Shown here piece by piece: positions 29,409 to 38,989 of a stretch of 64,000 bases of DNA. The stretch is from assembly GCA_038883775.1 (NCBI GenBank), contig JAVZLM010000001.1, positions 96,001 to 160,000 of the forward strand, in the 5' to 3' direction. Position numbers and translations under genes: made by a program. Each line of letters starts with the position of its first letter. Positions within the stretch are counted from its first letter, which is position 1. This stretch comes from Candidatus Bathyarchaeia archaeon. GTDB taxonomy: Archaea > Thermoproteota > Bathyarchaeia > Bathyarchaeales > Bathycorpusculaceae. The notes beneath the pieces were generated by a model. The model was not told the origin of the DNA. It made no database searches and was given only the letters and a program-made list of their open reading frames with translations.

Positions 29409-29807
29409 ATGCTAATCCCATGCGAAATAGCAGTAAAATGCCTACTACCGCCAGTCCGCGCCCTAATAGCCAAAACACTAACCACAAAACACAAACTAAC
29501 ACAGAAAGAAGCAGCAAAACTCCTTGGAATAAGCCAACCAGCAATAAGTCTATACGAAAGAAAAATGCGCGGAAAAGCCCTAAACCTAGAAAATGAACCA
29601 GAAATCACCAAGTTAATAGAAAATTTGGCTGATGCTCTCGCTGAAGGCAATTTATGCCATAAAGAATTCATTCAAATGTTCTGCGAAATCTGTAGGACTA
29701 TTCGCGCCGAAGGATTACTATGCCAACTGCACAAAACCTTTGACTCCGCCCTTGACATTGAAAAATGTGAGCTATGCCTAAAAACAAATGCACTGAGATG
29801 CATGTAA
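29409..29807 (+). CDS. HTH transcriptional regulator with Cys-rich C-terminus (COG2522-like)
   Basis: PCE N-terminus, HTH LTQKEAAKLLGISQPAISLY, and CEIC..CQLH..CELC. Confidence 0.85.
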   Translation: MLIPCEIAVKCLLPPVRALIAKTLTTKHKLTQKEAAKLLGISQPAISLYERKMRGKALNLENEPEITKLIENLADALAEGNLCHKEFIQMFCEICRTIRAEGLLCQLHKTFDSALDIEKCELCLKTNALRCM

Positions 29808-29871
29808 AATGCTGGCATATCTCATAACGGTCAAAGACAAATCTTTATAGTGTGAATCCTATCCAAAAAGA

Positions 29872-30381
29872 ATGGCGACTAAGATGGGGTATTTGGCTGT
29901 TTGGAAAGTTTTGGAAGAAATGATTTTAGAATTTCGAAAAAGAGGCATCGCAATTCCAGCAGAGGTCATGGATAACTTGAAATCTGCTAGAACAATGATT
30001 AAAATTTTAAGGGCAGACCCCTCTCGCGGAGAAACTATGCAAAAAATTGAGGAATACCTCAGTAACGTGGAATCTTACCTCATATTTGAAGGGCAGAAAA
30101 ATTTTGGAGTTGAATATGTGGATAAATGGCTCAAAAGATTGGATGAAGCCAGCATGCGGGTTCCAGACTTGGAAGAGGAAGAGACAAGGTTTGTTCCTGG
30201 TTTGCCACGGGAGCAACGGTGGATTCGTGTTAAGCCTTCTGCCGAATTGCCTATTGAAAAATTGAAAACATTAGCTAAAGAATCCAACTTATTATGCGAA
30301 CTTCAAAGGGATGGTTATCTGCTTGTTTATGGCGAAGACTCATGTCTAAAAGAGTTTATCAAGAAAATGGCTAAAAAATAA
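29872..30381 (+). CDS. DUF2096-like protein
   Basis: WKVLEEM..LKSARTMI..LSNVESYL pattern. Confidence 0.65.
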   Translation: MATKMGYLAVWKVLEEMILEFRKRGIAIPAEVMDNLKSARTMIKILRADPSRGETMQKIEEYLSNVESYLIFEGQKNFGVEYVDKWLKRLDEASMRVPDLEEEETRFVPGLPREQRWIRVKPSAELPIEKLKTLAKESNLLCELQRDGYLLVYGEDSCLKEFIKKMAKK

Positions 30382-30520
30382 TGTTAGACGCTGGAAAATA
30401 GCGTTAAAAAGTACATAACTGTTAAAGCTTGACGCTGTAACACTTTTATAGAAAAATCATACACAAAGTGTCTATAATAAGATAAGTTCATCTTCCGAGG
30501 AAGGTGAGGGCGTAAACTGA

Positions 30521-33500
30521 ATGCCCTACATTAAAAAAATTGAGCTTAAAGGCTTCAAATCTTTCGGTCCGCAAACCGTTAAAGTAGTGTTAGATAAGGG
30601 TTTCACGGCAATTACGGGTCCAAATGGCAGCGGGAAAACAAACATCGTTGACGCAACTCTATTCGCTTTAGGCGAGTTAAGCACAAGAAGGCTTCGGGCA
30701 GAAAATGCTGCAAAACTGATTTTTCATGGTTCTGAAAAGGCTGGATTAGAAAGGGCGAAAATGGCTAAAGTCATAATCCAATTTGACAATTCTGATGGAC
30801 GCATGCCCGTTGACACCACAACCGTTACCATCGCAAGGGAGGTTTATAGAAACGGACAAAGCGTGTATAGGCTTAACGGAAGAAGAATCTCAAGGGCGCA
30901 CATCCTAGAAATTCTATCTATGGCTGGAATAAGCTCCACAAGCCAAAACATAATCCTACAAGGCACAATAACCCGCTTGACTGATATTTCGCCCATTGAA
31001 CGGAGGAAAATTATTGAGGATTTGGTTGGCATAGCCCAATATGACGCTGAGAAGGCTGAAGCTGAAGAAAAACTTCGAGCGGCAGACATTTCAATAAGCA
31101 CAGCCATGGGCAGAATAGACGAAGTGCAGAAGAGAGTAGATGACCTAGAAAGAGAACGCAACCAACTTTTAAGATACAATTTTCTCCAAGAAGAGATAAA
31201 AAAGTTTGAAACCGTGAAGCTATCGCATGATATGGCACAAATTCAAAAGAAAGTGAAGGAAATTTCCTCCCAAGCTGACAGCGTCCGAAGCAAAGTTGAA
31301 AAATTAAGGGAACTTCGAGAAAAGTATAGGTCAAAGAGAAGAGAAGTTGAGGGTGAATGGCGAAAATTAAGCTCAGAAATCGTTGAAGAAGGCGGTTCGC
31401 AAGTATTAAAGGTTCAGATAAGAATAGGCGAGTTAAAATCAAAACTTACCGAATTAACAACTAAAATAACATCTGGAAAAACAACTTTAGAAGGTTTAAA
31501 ACGGATTAGGGAAAACACTCTCCAGCAGTATGAATCCATCAGAAAAGAAATTCATGCAAATCGCCTCAAAATAAAAAAGCTAAGAACTGAACATGAAGAA
31601 ATTTCCAGTCAAATAGCAGCAAAACAAGCTGAACATGATGCTTTAGCCGCTGAAGCAGCTCAGCTTTGGGAAAATCTTGGAGAAAACAGCAAGAGAATCC
31701 GCGAAATCGAACAACAAATCGCCAATCACAACAAAAAACTCGCCTACTTAAGAACCGAACAAGTAAGGCATCAGACAGCCATCAAAATCCGCACAAGAAG
31801 GCTAAATGACCTAAAAGACCGCAAAGAAAGGTTCACATTAACATTAAGCGAACTTGAGAAATCTTTGGCTGAGCTTGAAAAGGTACAGAAGGAGCAGAAA
31901 ACTCAACTTAAAAATTTGGAGCGGATGCTTGAGCGGAGAATAGCCCAAAAAGAAGCCATAGAAAGGGAAATCGCCGAAGCTGGAAAAATAGCGGATTCCG
32001 CCCGCGCAGCCGTTGTAGAGTTTGCCACACAAAGAGAAATCGCAGAAACAGTAGCTTCGGAAGAAAAAGCCTTAAGAAGCATAGAAGAACTAGGCGAGTT
32101 AGGCGTAATTCCAGGCGTTTATGGAAGACTCCGCAAGCTCATCAAAATTGACAAGACTTATCAACAAGCAATTGAGGCTGCTGCGGCAGGATGGCTTGAC
32201 GCCATAGTTGTTAAAGATTTTGACTCAGCCTTCACCTGCGCAGAAACTTTGAGAAGAATGAAATTGGGGAGAATAAAAATAATCCCACTGCAAGGAACAT
32301 TAACTCCTAAAACCATAAAAATCCCAGAAAAAGAGGGCATAAACGGCGCAGCCCCCTACTTTATAAAATGCGAAAAACATTACGAGCCAGCCATAAACTT
32401 TGTTTTCGGCGACACGCTAATTGTTTCGGATGATAAAACGGCCTTTGCACTCTCAAGCGAAGGTTACAGAGCAGTCACGGTTAATGGAGACCTTTATGAG
32501 GCTGGCGGTGCTGCTCTCGAAGGTGGCTATTATCGGGCTCCAATCGACTTTTCCACAATTATTCCAAGCGAAGTAGCCATAAAAAGCCTCGACGAAGCCG
32601 TCAACGCCCTCCAACAACATCTTTCAAGAAGAACAAGCGATATTGCCTCCTTTGAAGAGGAAATAGATAAGACGCGGGTTGAAATTGCACGCTTATCTGA
32701 AGCTATAACCACATTAGATAGGGAAATTGCAAGGGTTAAAAGAAGTGTTAAAAGAACAAGGGGCAACGTCCGAAGGGTTGACCGTTACATCTCAAAGTTT
32801 GAGAAGGAAATTGAGGATGAAAAGACTCAGATGTGGCTGAACAAGGCTGAAAGAAGCTCCATACAGAAAGAATTAAGGAAACTTCAAGATGAGCTAACTT
32901 CTCTTAGGCGCAAAACAGACCCATCGCACATTCAAGAATTAGAGGTTAAAAGAGAGAAGCTTTCAGAAGAAATTATCATTTTAAGGCAGAAGCTGGGCAC
33001 GCTTCAAACTGAAATTTCAACCCTTCAATCCCAATTCGACAATGTTTTAAGAGTCGGTTATAAAAACGCAAAAATTGAACTTGGTAAAGTCGAACAACAG
33101 CTTAGAAGGGTTGAGAAGGAAGTTGCTGATGCATTGCAAGAACGGGAATCGCTAAAGCAAGAGCTTTCAGAACTGGAGAAAAGCCGTATTGAGCTTTCTA
33201 AAACAGTTTTCTCCGCAAGGGAGGAAGCTAAAAAATTCACTGCACAAATAGATGACATCGATAAAGAGCTTCGAAAGCTTGACTCAGAATACGAACAAGC
33301 AGACCGCTTATTAAACCAGCTTCAGCTTAACATTCAAACATCTCTACTTCAGCTTGAGCAATACAAAAGCGAGCTTAAACAGCTTGGCTACGAACAGCCC
33401 TTAGACGTAACGCCTAAACAAGTCGAAGAAGCCGAATTGTCGATGAGAATGATGAAGCTTGAACTTGAAAGGATAGGCGCTGTGAACCAGCTTGCCTTAT

Positions 33501-34075
33501 CACATTACGCCGAACAAATCTCACGTTATAAAGAGCTATCCTTAAGGTTGAACGAGCTGGAGAGGGAAAAGCAAGCCATAGTCCAGTTCACGGACGAAAT
33601 TGAAAAGAAGAAAAGGAAAGTATTCATGGAAGCCTTTGAAAAAATTAACGCCAACTTGCAAAAATACTTCTCAAAACTCACCGGCGGGGGAAATGCCACC
33701 TTGAAACTTGAGAATCCTGATGAGCCATTTTCTGGCGGAATCGACATGCTAGTTCAGTTTCCCCACAAACCTTCCATAGTTGTAAGCGGAGCAAGCGGCG
33801 GCGAACGCTCTGTTGCGGCTGTCGCCTTCCTTTTCACGCTTAAGGAGATTACGCCCACATCCTTCTACATCCTCGACGAAATAGACGCCCACTTAGACGC
33901 TTTCCACGTTTCAAAGCTTGCCGACCTCCTTGTGGAGGAGTCTGAAAAGACCCAGTTTATAGTCATCACCTTAAAACCTGAAATGGTGAATAAGGCTCAG
34001 AAGGTTTATGGAGTTTATGAACGCAATGGAGTTTCAAATGTTATTTCAGCCAAATTCTTAGAGGTGCCAAGCTGA
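30521..34075 (+). CDS. smc: Chromosome segregation protein SMC
   Basis: GFKSF, GPNGSGKT, long coiled coils, hinge, GAVN, SGGE and LDEIDAHLD. Confidence 0.96.
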   Translation: MPYIKKIELKGFKSFGPQTVKVVLDKGFTAITGPNGSGKTNIVDATLFALGELSTRRLRAENAAKLIFHGSEKAGLERAKMAKVIIQFDNSDGRMPVDTTTVTIAREVYRNGQSVYRLNGRRISRAHILEILSMAGISSTSQNIILQGTITRLTDISPIERRKIIEDLVGIAQYDAEKAEAEEKLRAADISISTAMGRIDEVQKRVDDLERERNQLLRYNFLQEEIKKFETVKLSHDMAQIQKKVKEISSQADSVRSKVEKLRELREKYRSKRREVEGEWRKLSSEIVEEGGSQVLKVQIRIGELKSKLTELTTKITSGKTTLEGLKRIRENTLQQYESIRKEIHANRLKIKKLRTEHEEISSQIAAKQAEHDALAAEAAQLWENLGENSKRIREIEQQIANHNKKLAYLRTEQVRHQTAIKIRTRRLNDLKDRKERFTLTLSELEKSLAELEKVQKEQKTQLKNLERMLERRIAQKEAIEREIAEAGKIADSARAAVVEFATQREIAETVASEEKALRSIEELGELGVIPGVYGRLRKLIKIDKTYQQAIEAAAAGWLDAIVVKDFDSAFTCAETLRRMKLGRIKIIPLQGTLTPKTIKIPEKEGINGAAPYFIKCEKHYEPAINFVFGDTLIVSDDKTAFALSSEGYRAVTVNGDLYEAGGAALEGGYYRAPIDFSTIIPSEVAIKSLDEAVNALQQHLSRRTSDIASFEEEIDKTRVEIARLSEAITTLDREIARVKRSVKRTRGNVRRVDRYISKFEKEIEDEKTQMWLNKAERSSIQKELRKLQDELTSLRRKTDPSHIQELEVKREKLSEEIIILRQKLGTLQTEISTLQSQFDNVLRVGYKNAKIELGKVEQQLRRVEKEVADALQERESLKQELSELEKSRIELSKTVFSAREEAKKFTAQIDDIDKELRKLDSEYEQADRLLNQLQLNIQTSLLQLEQYKSELKQLGYEQPLDVTPKQVEEAELSMRMMKLELERIGAVNQLALSHYAEQISRYKELSLRLNELEREKQAIVQFTDEIEKKKRKVFMEAFEKINANLQKYFSKLTGGGNATLKLENPDEPFSGGIDMLVQFPHKPSIVVSGASGGERSVAAVAFLFTLKEITPTSFYILDEIDAHLDAFHVSKLADLLVEESEKTQFIVITLKPEMVNKAQKVYGVYERNGVSNVISAKFLEVPS

Positions 34076-34773
34076 TGGCAACCACTACGGTTAAAAAGCC
34101 TTTTTATCTTCGTCCTCCATGGAACATTCTCTTTGATTTTCATAAGCTTGAGAGGCTTACCCCTTGGCACATAAACATAGCCTATTTATTGACAAGCTTT
34201 CTTGAAGAGATGGAAAAATCTGGACAGATAGATTTTAGAGCCTCTGGTGTGGCGCTTGATTCTTCAGCCCTTATATACCTTATGAAGTCAAAACTTTTGT
34301 TAAAACTTGAAGAGCCGCCACCGCCAAAAACTCCGCAGGATTTTATTCCGCCACCCTTATTTTTGCCGCTTAGGCATGAGTTAACTTCAACTACAATAAG
34401 GCATCTGCTGGAAGTTTTGGATGACGTCTTAAAAAGTGAAGGTTTGGTTCGTTTCGAAAAAGTTGTTGAGGAAAGTGTTCTTCCAACGCCTTCTGAAATT
34501 CTGCCTCAGCTAGACTTGTATTTGATGGAAATTGAGGTGCAGATGGAGAAGCTTTATACCTCTCTTGTAGAAAGGGTTAAGGGAGCAGGAATAATCGAGT
34601 TTTCAACTTTCATAAAGGGTTTAAGTCGCCTTGAAGCCATCCGCGATTTCATCTTGTTGTTGTTTTTGGCGCAGAATGGAAAAGTAAGCCTTTGGCAGAA
34701 CGAAGAAACCGAAGAAATATACATAACTATCGGGGATTTGAAACTTGCAGAAGGCGGAGAAACCAGCGCTTAA
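34075..34773 (+). CDS. scpA: Kleisin ScpA
   Basis: PWHINI..IDFRASG..KSKLLL and C-terminal FILLLFLAQNGKVSLWQ. Immediately follows smc. Confidence 0.88.
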   Translation: MATTTVKKPFYLRPPWNILFDFHKLERLTPWHINIAYLLTSFLEEMEKSGQIDFRASGVALDSSALIYLMKSKLLLKLEEPPPPKTPQDFIPPPLFLPLRHELTSTTIRHLLEVLDDVLKSEGLVRFEKVVEESVLPTPSEILPQLDLYLMEIEVQMEKLYTSLVERVKGAGIIEFSTFIKGLSRLEAIRDFILLLFLAQNGKVSLWQNEETEEIYITIGDLKLAEGGETSA

Positions 34774-35347
34774 TTTGAGCGTCGAGTCCCCTAAAGGGCA
34801 AGATGCGGAGAAAATGAAGCATGACTTAGCCCTATTAGAGGCTGCGCTATATGTAGCTGGGCGCCCCTTAAACTTAAACGAATTATGTTCGGTTTTGAAG
34901 ACTCGTTCAAAGAATAAGGTTAGAAAACTTGCTAAGGAGCTTATGAAAGCCTATGCGAATAGGAATACTGCCCTCGAAATTTTAGAGTTGAAGGATGAAC
35001 GGTATGTTTTGCAGTTGAAAGCCGATTTCACGCCTTATGTTAGAAAATTCGTTAACAGACCCTTGCTTTCCCTTGGTCCTTTGAAAACCCTTTCCTACAT
35101 AGCCTATAGACAACCTGTATCCCAAAAAAGAGTCGTTGAGGTTCGGGGACACCACGCTTACATTCACATAAGGATGTTGAAGGAGATGGGTTTGGTTGCT
35201 GCTGAAAGAAGCGGACGCTCAACAGTTCTTAGAACTACAGAATATTTTGCAGACTACTTCGGTTTAAGCCATGATGTTGCTGTTATGAAGAAAGAGTTGA
35301 AACATGTTTTTGAAGACTACTCAAAACAAGAGAAGCCTCAATCATAG
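34745..35347 (+). CDS. scpB: SMC-Scp complex subunit ScpB
   Basis: LEAALYVAGRPL, TLSYIAYRQPV and TTEYFADYFGL. Confidence 0.92.
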   Translation: MQKAEKPALNLSVESPKGQDAEKMKHDLALLEAALYVAGRPLNLNELCSVLKTRSKNKVRKLAKELMKAYANRNTALEILELKDERYVLQLKADFTPYVRKFVNRPLLSLGPLKTLSYIAYRQPVSQKRVVEVRGHHAYIHIRMLKEMGLVAAERSGRSTVLRTTEYFADYFGLSHDVAVMKKELKHVFEDYSKQEKPQS

Positions 35348-35415
35348 TATGGATAGGTTTATATGCATAAAAGACGGTGTTAGTGAACACTTAAGATTAA
35401 AAAGGGAAAATAGAA

Positions 35416-35814
35416 ATGTCGGTTTGGCATGGCGATTTACATAAGAGAAAACCTTCTGGAGGCAGAAAGAGAGCCTATAGAAGCAAAAGAAAATTTGAAG
35501 AGGGAAGATTTCCAACAGAAACAACCCTTGGCGAACCCAAAAAGAAAATGGTTAAGGGAAGAGGCAAAACCATAAAAATCAAGGCTTTAAGTGACAAGTA
35601 CGCTTGCGTAACCGACCCAAAAAGTGGAAAAACAGAAAAAGTCGAAATTATCCGTGTTGCCAAAAACCCAGTTAACATCGATTATGACCGCAGAGGCGTA
35701 ATAACAAAAGGCGCAATAATCGAAACCTCCTTAGGCTTAGCCCGCGTTACGTCCCGTCCAGGACAAGATGGGGTAATAAATGCTGTTCTCTTAGGCGAAG
35801 AAGAAAAGAGCTAA
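35416..35814 (+). CDS. rps8e: 30S ribosomal protein S8e
   Basis: RKPSGG, ITKGAII and VTSRPGQDGVINAV. Confidence 0.96.
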   Translation: MSVWHGDLHKRKPSGGRKRAYRSKRKFEEGRFPTETTLGEPKKKMVKGRGKTIKIKALSDKYACVTDPKSGKTEKVEIIRVAKNPVNIDYDRRGVITKGAIIETSLGLARVTSRPGQDGVINAVLLGEEEKS

Positions 35815-35821
35815 CCCTAAT

Positions 35822-36124
35822 CTATTTTGTTGTTGCAGTGGCGCTTCGCATTTTTGTCAACTGCTTTGCAATTTTCTTAATTATCCGAGTTTTTGCTTCC
35901 TTTTTCTTTATTAGGAGTATACCAGTTTTTTGCCAAGGTGTTTTCGGATAACCAGAATCCGAAACAATTTCATATTCTAAGCCAATTTTTTCCACAGCCT
36001 CTTTTAACTCTAAAATCTTCGGTGAGGGAACCGCCAAACTTTTAGGAACACGTCTACCGTCATTTCTTGTTTTTGTTGAGTCGAAGTATGCTGGCCAAAT
36101 AACGATTTTTTCTGTTTTGCGCAT
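35822..36124 (-). CDS. srp19: Signal recognition particle protein SRP19
   Basis: IWPAYFDS..GRRVPK..AVPSP..YPKTPW. Confidence 0.93.
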   Translation of the reverse strand: MRKTEKIVIWPAYFDSTKTRNDGRRVPKSLAVPSPKILELKEAVEKIGLEYEIVSDSGYPKTPWQKTGILLIKKKEAKTRIIKKIAKQLTKMRSATATTK

Positions 36125-36137
36125 GCCTTATTCGCCT

Positions 36138-37925
36138 CTATTTGTGAGCGTAATAAGCTGTTAATTTCATGTTAACCTTGTCTATTCTGACAAAGCCGAA
36201 CCTTTCAAACTGTATTATGGTGTTTGGCTTCAAACTTTTGCAAAGGTTTTCGGCTATGCCTTCTGCTAATGTTGCGTCTGGCATAACCACTTGGCATGGA
36301 ATGTCTTCGCCTATGGGTATCCAATGAATCAGTTGCGCCTTAGCTTTTCTTGCCTCTTCGTAGGATTCGCTGACAAAGGAGGCTTCAGCAGAATACGTCT
36401 CTACCTTTTCGATTTCCACATTAAACAACTCCATTAGGCGAATTATGTTGCCAATTTTTGAAGCTTCCACATCCTTCCGTGAAACCCAAAAGGTTGCAAT
36501 GCTCCCGTCTTCTTTGGGTTTTATAGTGTATTCTCTGAAGCCTCTTTCGGGATGTTCTGGATGCAAGGGAAGTCTTGCCTTAAACTCTTTTGGAATTTGC
36601 TTCACTGTTAACTCTATCGGGTTGTCTACGAAAAAGTATCTGTCGGCTGTTGCGTCCAAAATTTTGCGGTTGTAAGCGTACAAGTTTTCCCAACTTAAAA
36701 TCACGTCTGAAGTTTTGGGTCCAACATCAACTATCATCTTCTTAATGGCTTCGGGCGTGATTCCACGTTTTCGCATTGCTGCAAAAGTTGCCAAGCGTGG
36801 GTCGTCCCAATCTTTATATAGGCCTTCTCTTATTCCTTGAACAATTTTTGACTTGCTTAAAGAAGCTCCAGTTATTTTAAGCCTACCGTAATGTATGGCT
36901 TCTGGATATTGCCATCCCAAATATTTATACATGTATTCTTGCCGAACCATGTTTGTTAGGTGCTCTTTGCCTCGGATTATGTGGGTTACGCCCATAAGGT
37001 GGTCGTCTAAACCGCATGCAAAATTGTAAAGGGGCCAAACATGGTATTTGCTTCCAACCCTTGGATGCGGATATTTTTCTGAATCTATAATGCGAAGCGC
37101 TGGCCAGTCTCTAACGGCGGGGTTTGGATGGTTCAAATCTGTTTTTATTCGGAATACGGCTTCACCTTCTTTGTAATCGCCTTTTAGCATGTGTTGCCAT
37201 CTCTCAAATTGCTCCTCTGGCGGCAAATTACGGCATCTGCAAGGCTGATTGGCTAATGTTTTCTTTCTAAATTGTTCTGGCGGGCATGTACAAACATAAG
37301 CATTGCCTTCTCGAAGCAATCTTTCAGCAAACTCGTAATAAATTGGAATTCTGTCGCTTTGAATATACTCTTCATCAGGTTTGCATCCAAGCCAAGCCAA
37401 ATCCTCTCGGATACGGTCATAAAACTCCAAAACAGGCTTTTTCAACTTTGGGTCTGTATCCTCAAAACGCAAAATGAACTTGCCCTTATACATGTGGGCG
37501 TATTCATGGCATAATATTATGGCTCTTGCTGAACCCAAATGTAGTACACAATCTGGGTTTGGCGAAAACCGCGTGACAACTTTGGCATACTTGTCCACAT
37601 TCGGCAATGGCGGAAGGCGTTTCTCTTCTTCCACTTTCTCCTTTACAAGAGCTTCTGGCCATTTCTCTTCAACTATACGCTTTTGTTCTGTTAGGGATAG
37701 GCTGTTTACTTCTTGAACTATGGCGTTGACAAGGGCGGATAATTCTTTAACTCTTGTTTTTAATTCTGGTTTTTCGCCTAAAATTTTTCCGATTACGGGT
37801 CCAGCTTGGGCTTTTCCTTCATGCCTAACAGCATTTAGCAAAGCGATTTTTCGAATACTCTCTTTAAGTTCGGCATCATTTTCTAACTTCAAAGGTTTTG
37901 CACTCTGTTTAGATTCTTCTTTCAA
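36138..37925 (-). CDS. gltX: Glutamate--tRNA ligase (archaeal type)
   Basis: TRFSPNP, HLGS, LRFEDTDP, IRGKEH, LSKS and QFERFGF. Confidence 0.95.
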   Translation of the reverse strand: MKEESKQSAKPLKLENDAELKESIRKIALLNAVRHEGKAQAGPVIGKILGEKPELKTRVKELSALVNAIVQEVNSLSLTEQKRIVEEKWPEALVKEKVEEEKRLPPLPNVDKYAKVVTRFSPNPDCVLHLGSARAIILCHEYAHMYKGKFILRFEDTDPKLKKPVLEFYDRIREDLAWLGCKPDEEYIQSDRIPIYYEFAERLLREGNAYVCTCPPEQFRKKTLANQPCRCRNLPPEEQFERWQHMLKGDYKEGEAVFRIKTDLNHPNPAVRDWPALRIIDSEKYPHPRVGSKYHVWPLYNFACGLDDHLMGVTHIIRGKEHLTNMVRQEYMYKYLGWQYPEAIHYGRLKITGASLSKSKIVQGIREGLYKDWDDPRLATFAAMRKRGITPEAIKKMIVDVGPKTSDVILSWENLYAYNRKILDATADRYFFVDNPIELTVKQIPKEFKARLPLHPEHPERGFREYTIKPKEDGSIATFWVSRKDVEASKIGNIIRLMELFNVEIEKVETYSAEASFVSESYEEARKAKAQLIHWIPIGEDIPCQVVMPDATLAEGIAENLCKSLKPNTIIQFERFGFVRIDKVNMKLTAYYAHK

Positions 37926-38989
37926 TTAGGAATTTCGCGAAGGCATTTATCTTTTCCTTTGCCTCAGAATGTGGCAGAAGCCTTTCAACTTCCTTCCAAC
38001 TTTCTTCAACAATTTTTCTTGCAAAATTTTTTGCATAATCTATGGAGTCGTATTTTTCCATGATTTTTATGGCTTCGTCTTTCAGTTTTTGGTTTGAAGT
38101 GTGCATGTTAAGAATTTCAATAAGCCTTTCCTTATCTTTGGCGTCTGCCGCTTTCAAAGTGTGAATTACGATTAGGCTTCTTTTTCCTTCTGTTATATCT
38201 TGTCCACGTCCACCTTTCTTTTCTGCAAATTCTTCGCCTGTCAAATCCAATATGTCGTCTTGCATTTGGAACGCTACGCCTATACTTTCAGCGAAATGTC
38301 CAAGTTTATCTGTTAATTCTTCGTTGGCGTCTGCTAGAACCGCTGCTATTTTTGCTGACATTCTCGCTAAGGTTCCAGTTTTGTAGGCGCACATTTGTAA
38401 ATAATCCCTTTCTTCCAGTTTGTTTGCGTTTGCTATGCCCCTGTGCCACGCAATGTCCATGGCTTGTCCCAGGCTTAGGCTAATCATTTCTTGCACGTAA
38501 ATTTCGTAAACTTTGCATAATTTTTCTTTTGAGATTTTATCTCTATTTTTTATTAAGGGGAGAAGCGGAAGGTAATACATGGCATTTCCAGCGTTTATGG
38601 CTATGTCTAAACCGTAAATTTTGTATGTGCATGGTTTTCCCCTTCTGAATTCTGAGGCGTCCTCTACGTCGTCAACCATTAACGTTCCGTTGTGGATTAC
38701 TTCTGGGATTATGGCGAAATCAACAAAATCCTTTGGATTTTTACCCAAAGCCTCAATAATTAATAAGAAAAGCGCTGGACGCCACCGCTTTCCACCCCTC
38801 TCAAGAAACTCCCAGATTGGTTCAGCAATTGCCTTGTTTAATGCTTCCAGATTATGCGAATAGCTTGGTGGGTTCAATTTGAAAATTACGGCGTCTTTTG
38901 TGAATTTTCTTGGAATATATTTTTCAATGGTTTTATCAATTAAAGCAGCTTTTTCCTCAAGAAATTTTTCAACATCAAAAATGGTTCAT
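37909..38989 (-). CDS. Geranylgeranyl diphosphate synthase (polyprenyl synthetase); true 5' end lies upstream of the tracked ORF
   Basis: GGKRWRP, DDVED, GQAMD, KTG and FQMQDDILD. The open frame extends to 38985 (TIFDVEKFLEEKA), but the ATG at 38989 is out of frame by 1. Confidence 0.88.

Noticed and set aside
35359-35370. TTATATGCATAA shared with the pilus upstream region (14724-14735) as a common regulon motif
   Set aside because: AT-rich and TATA-box-like. Two occurrences before unrelated genes are insufficient.
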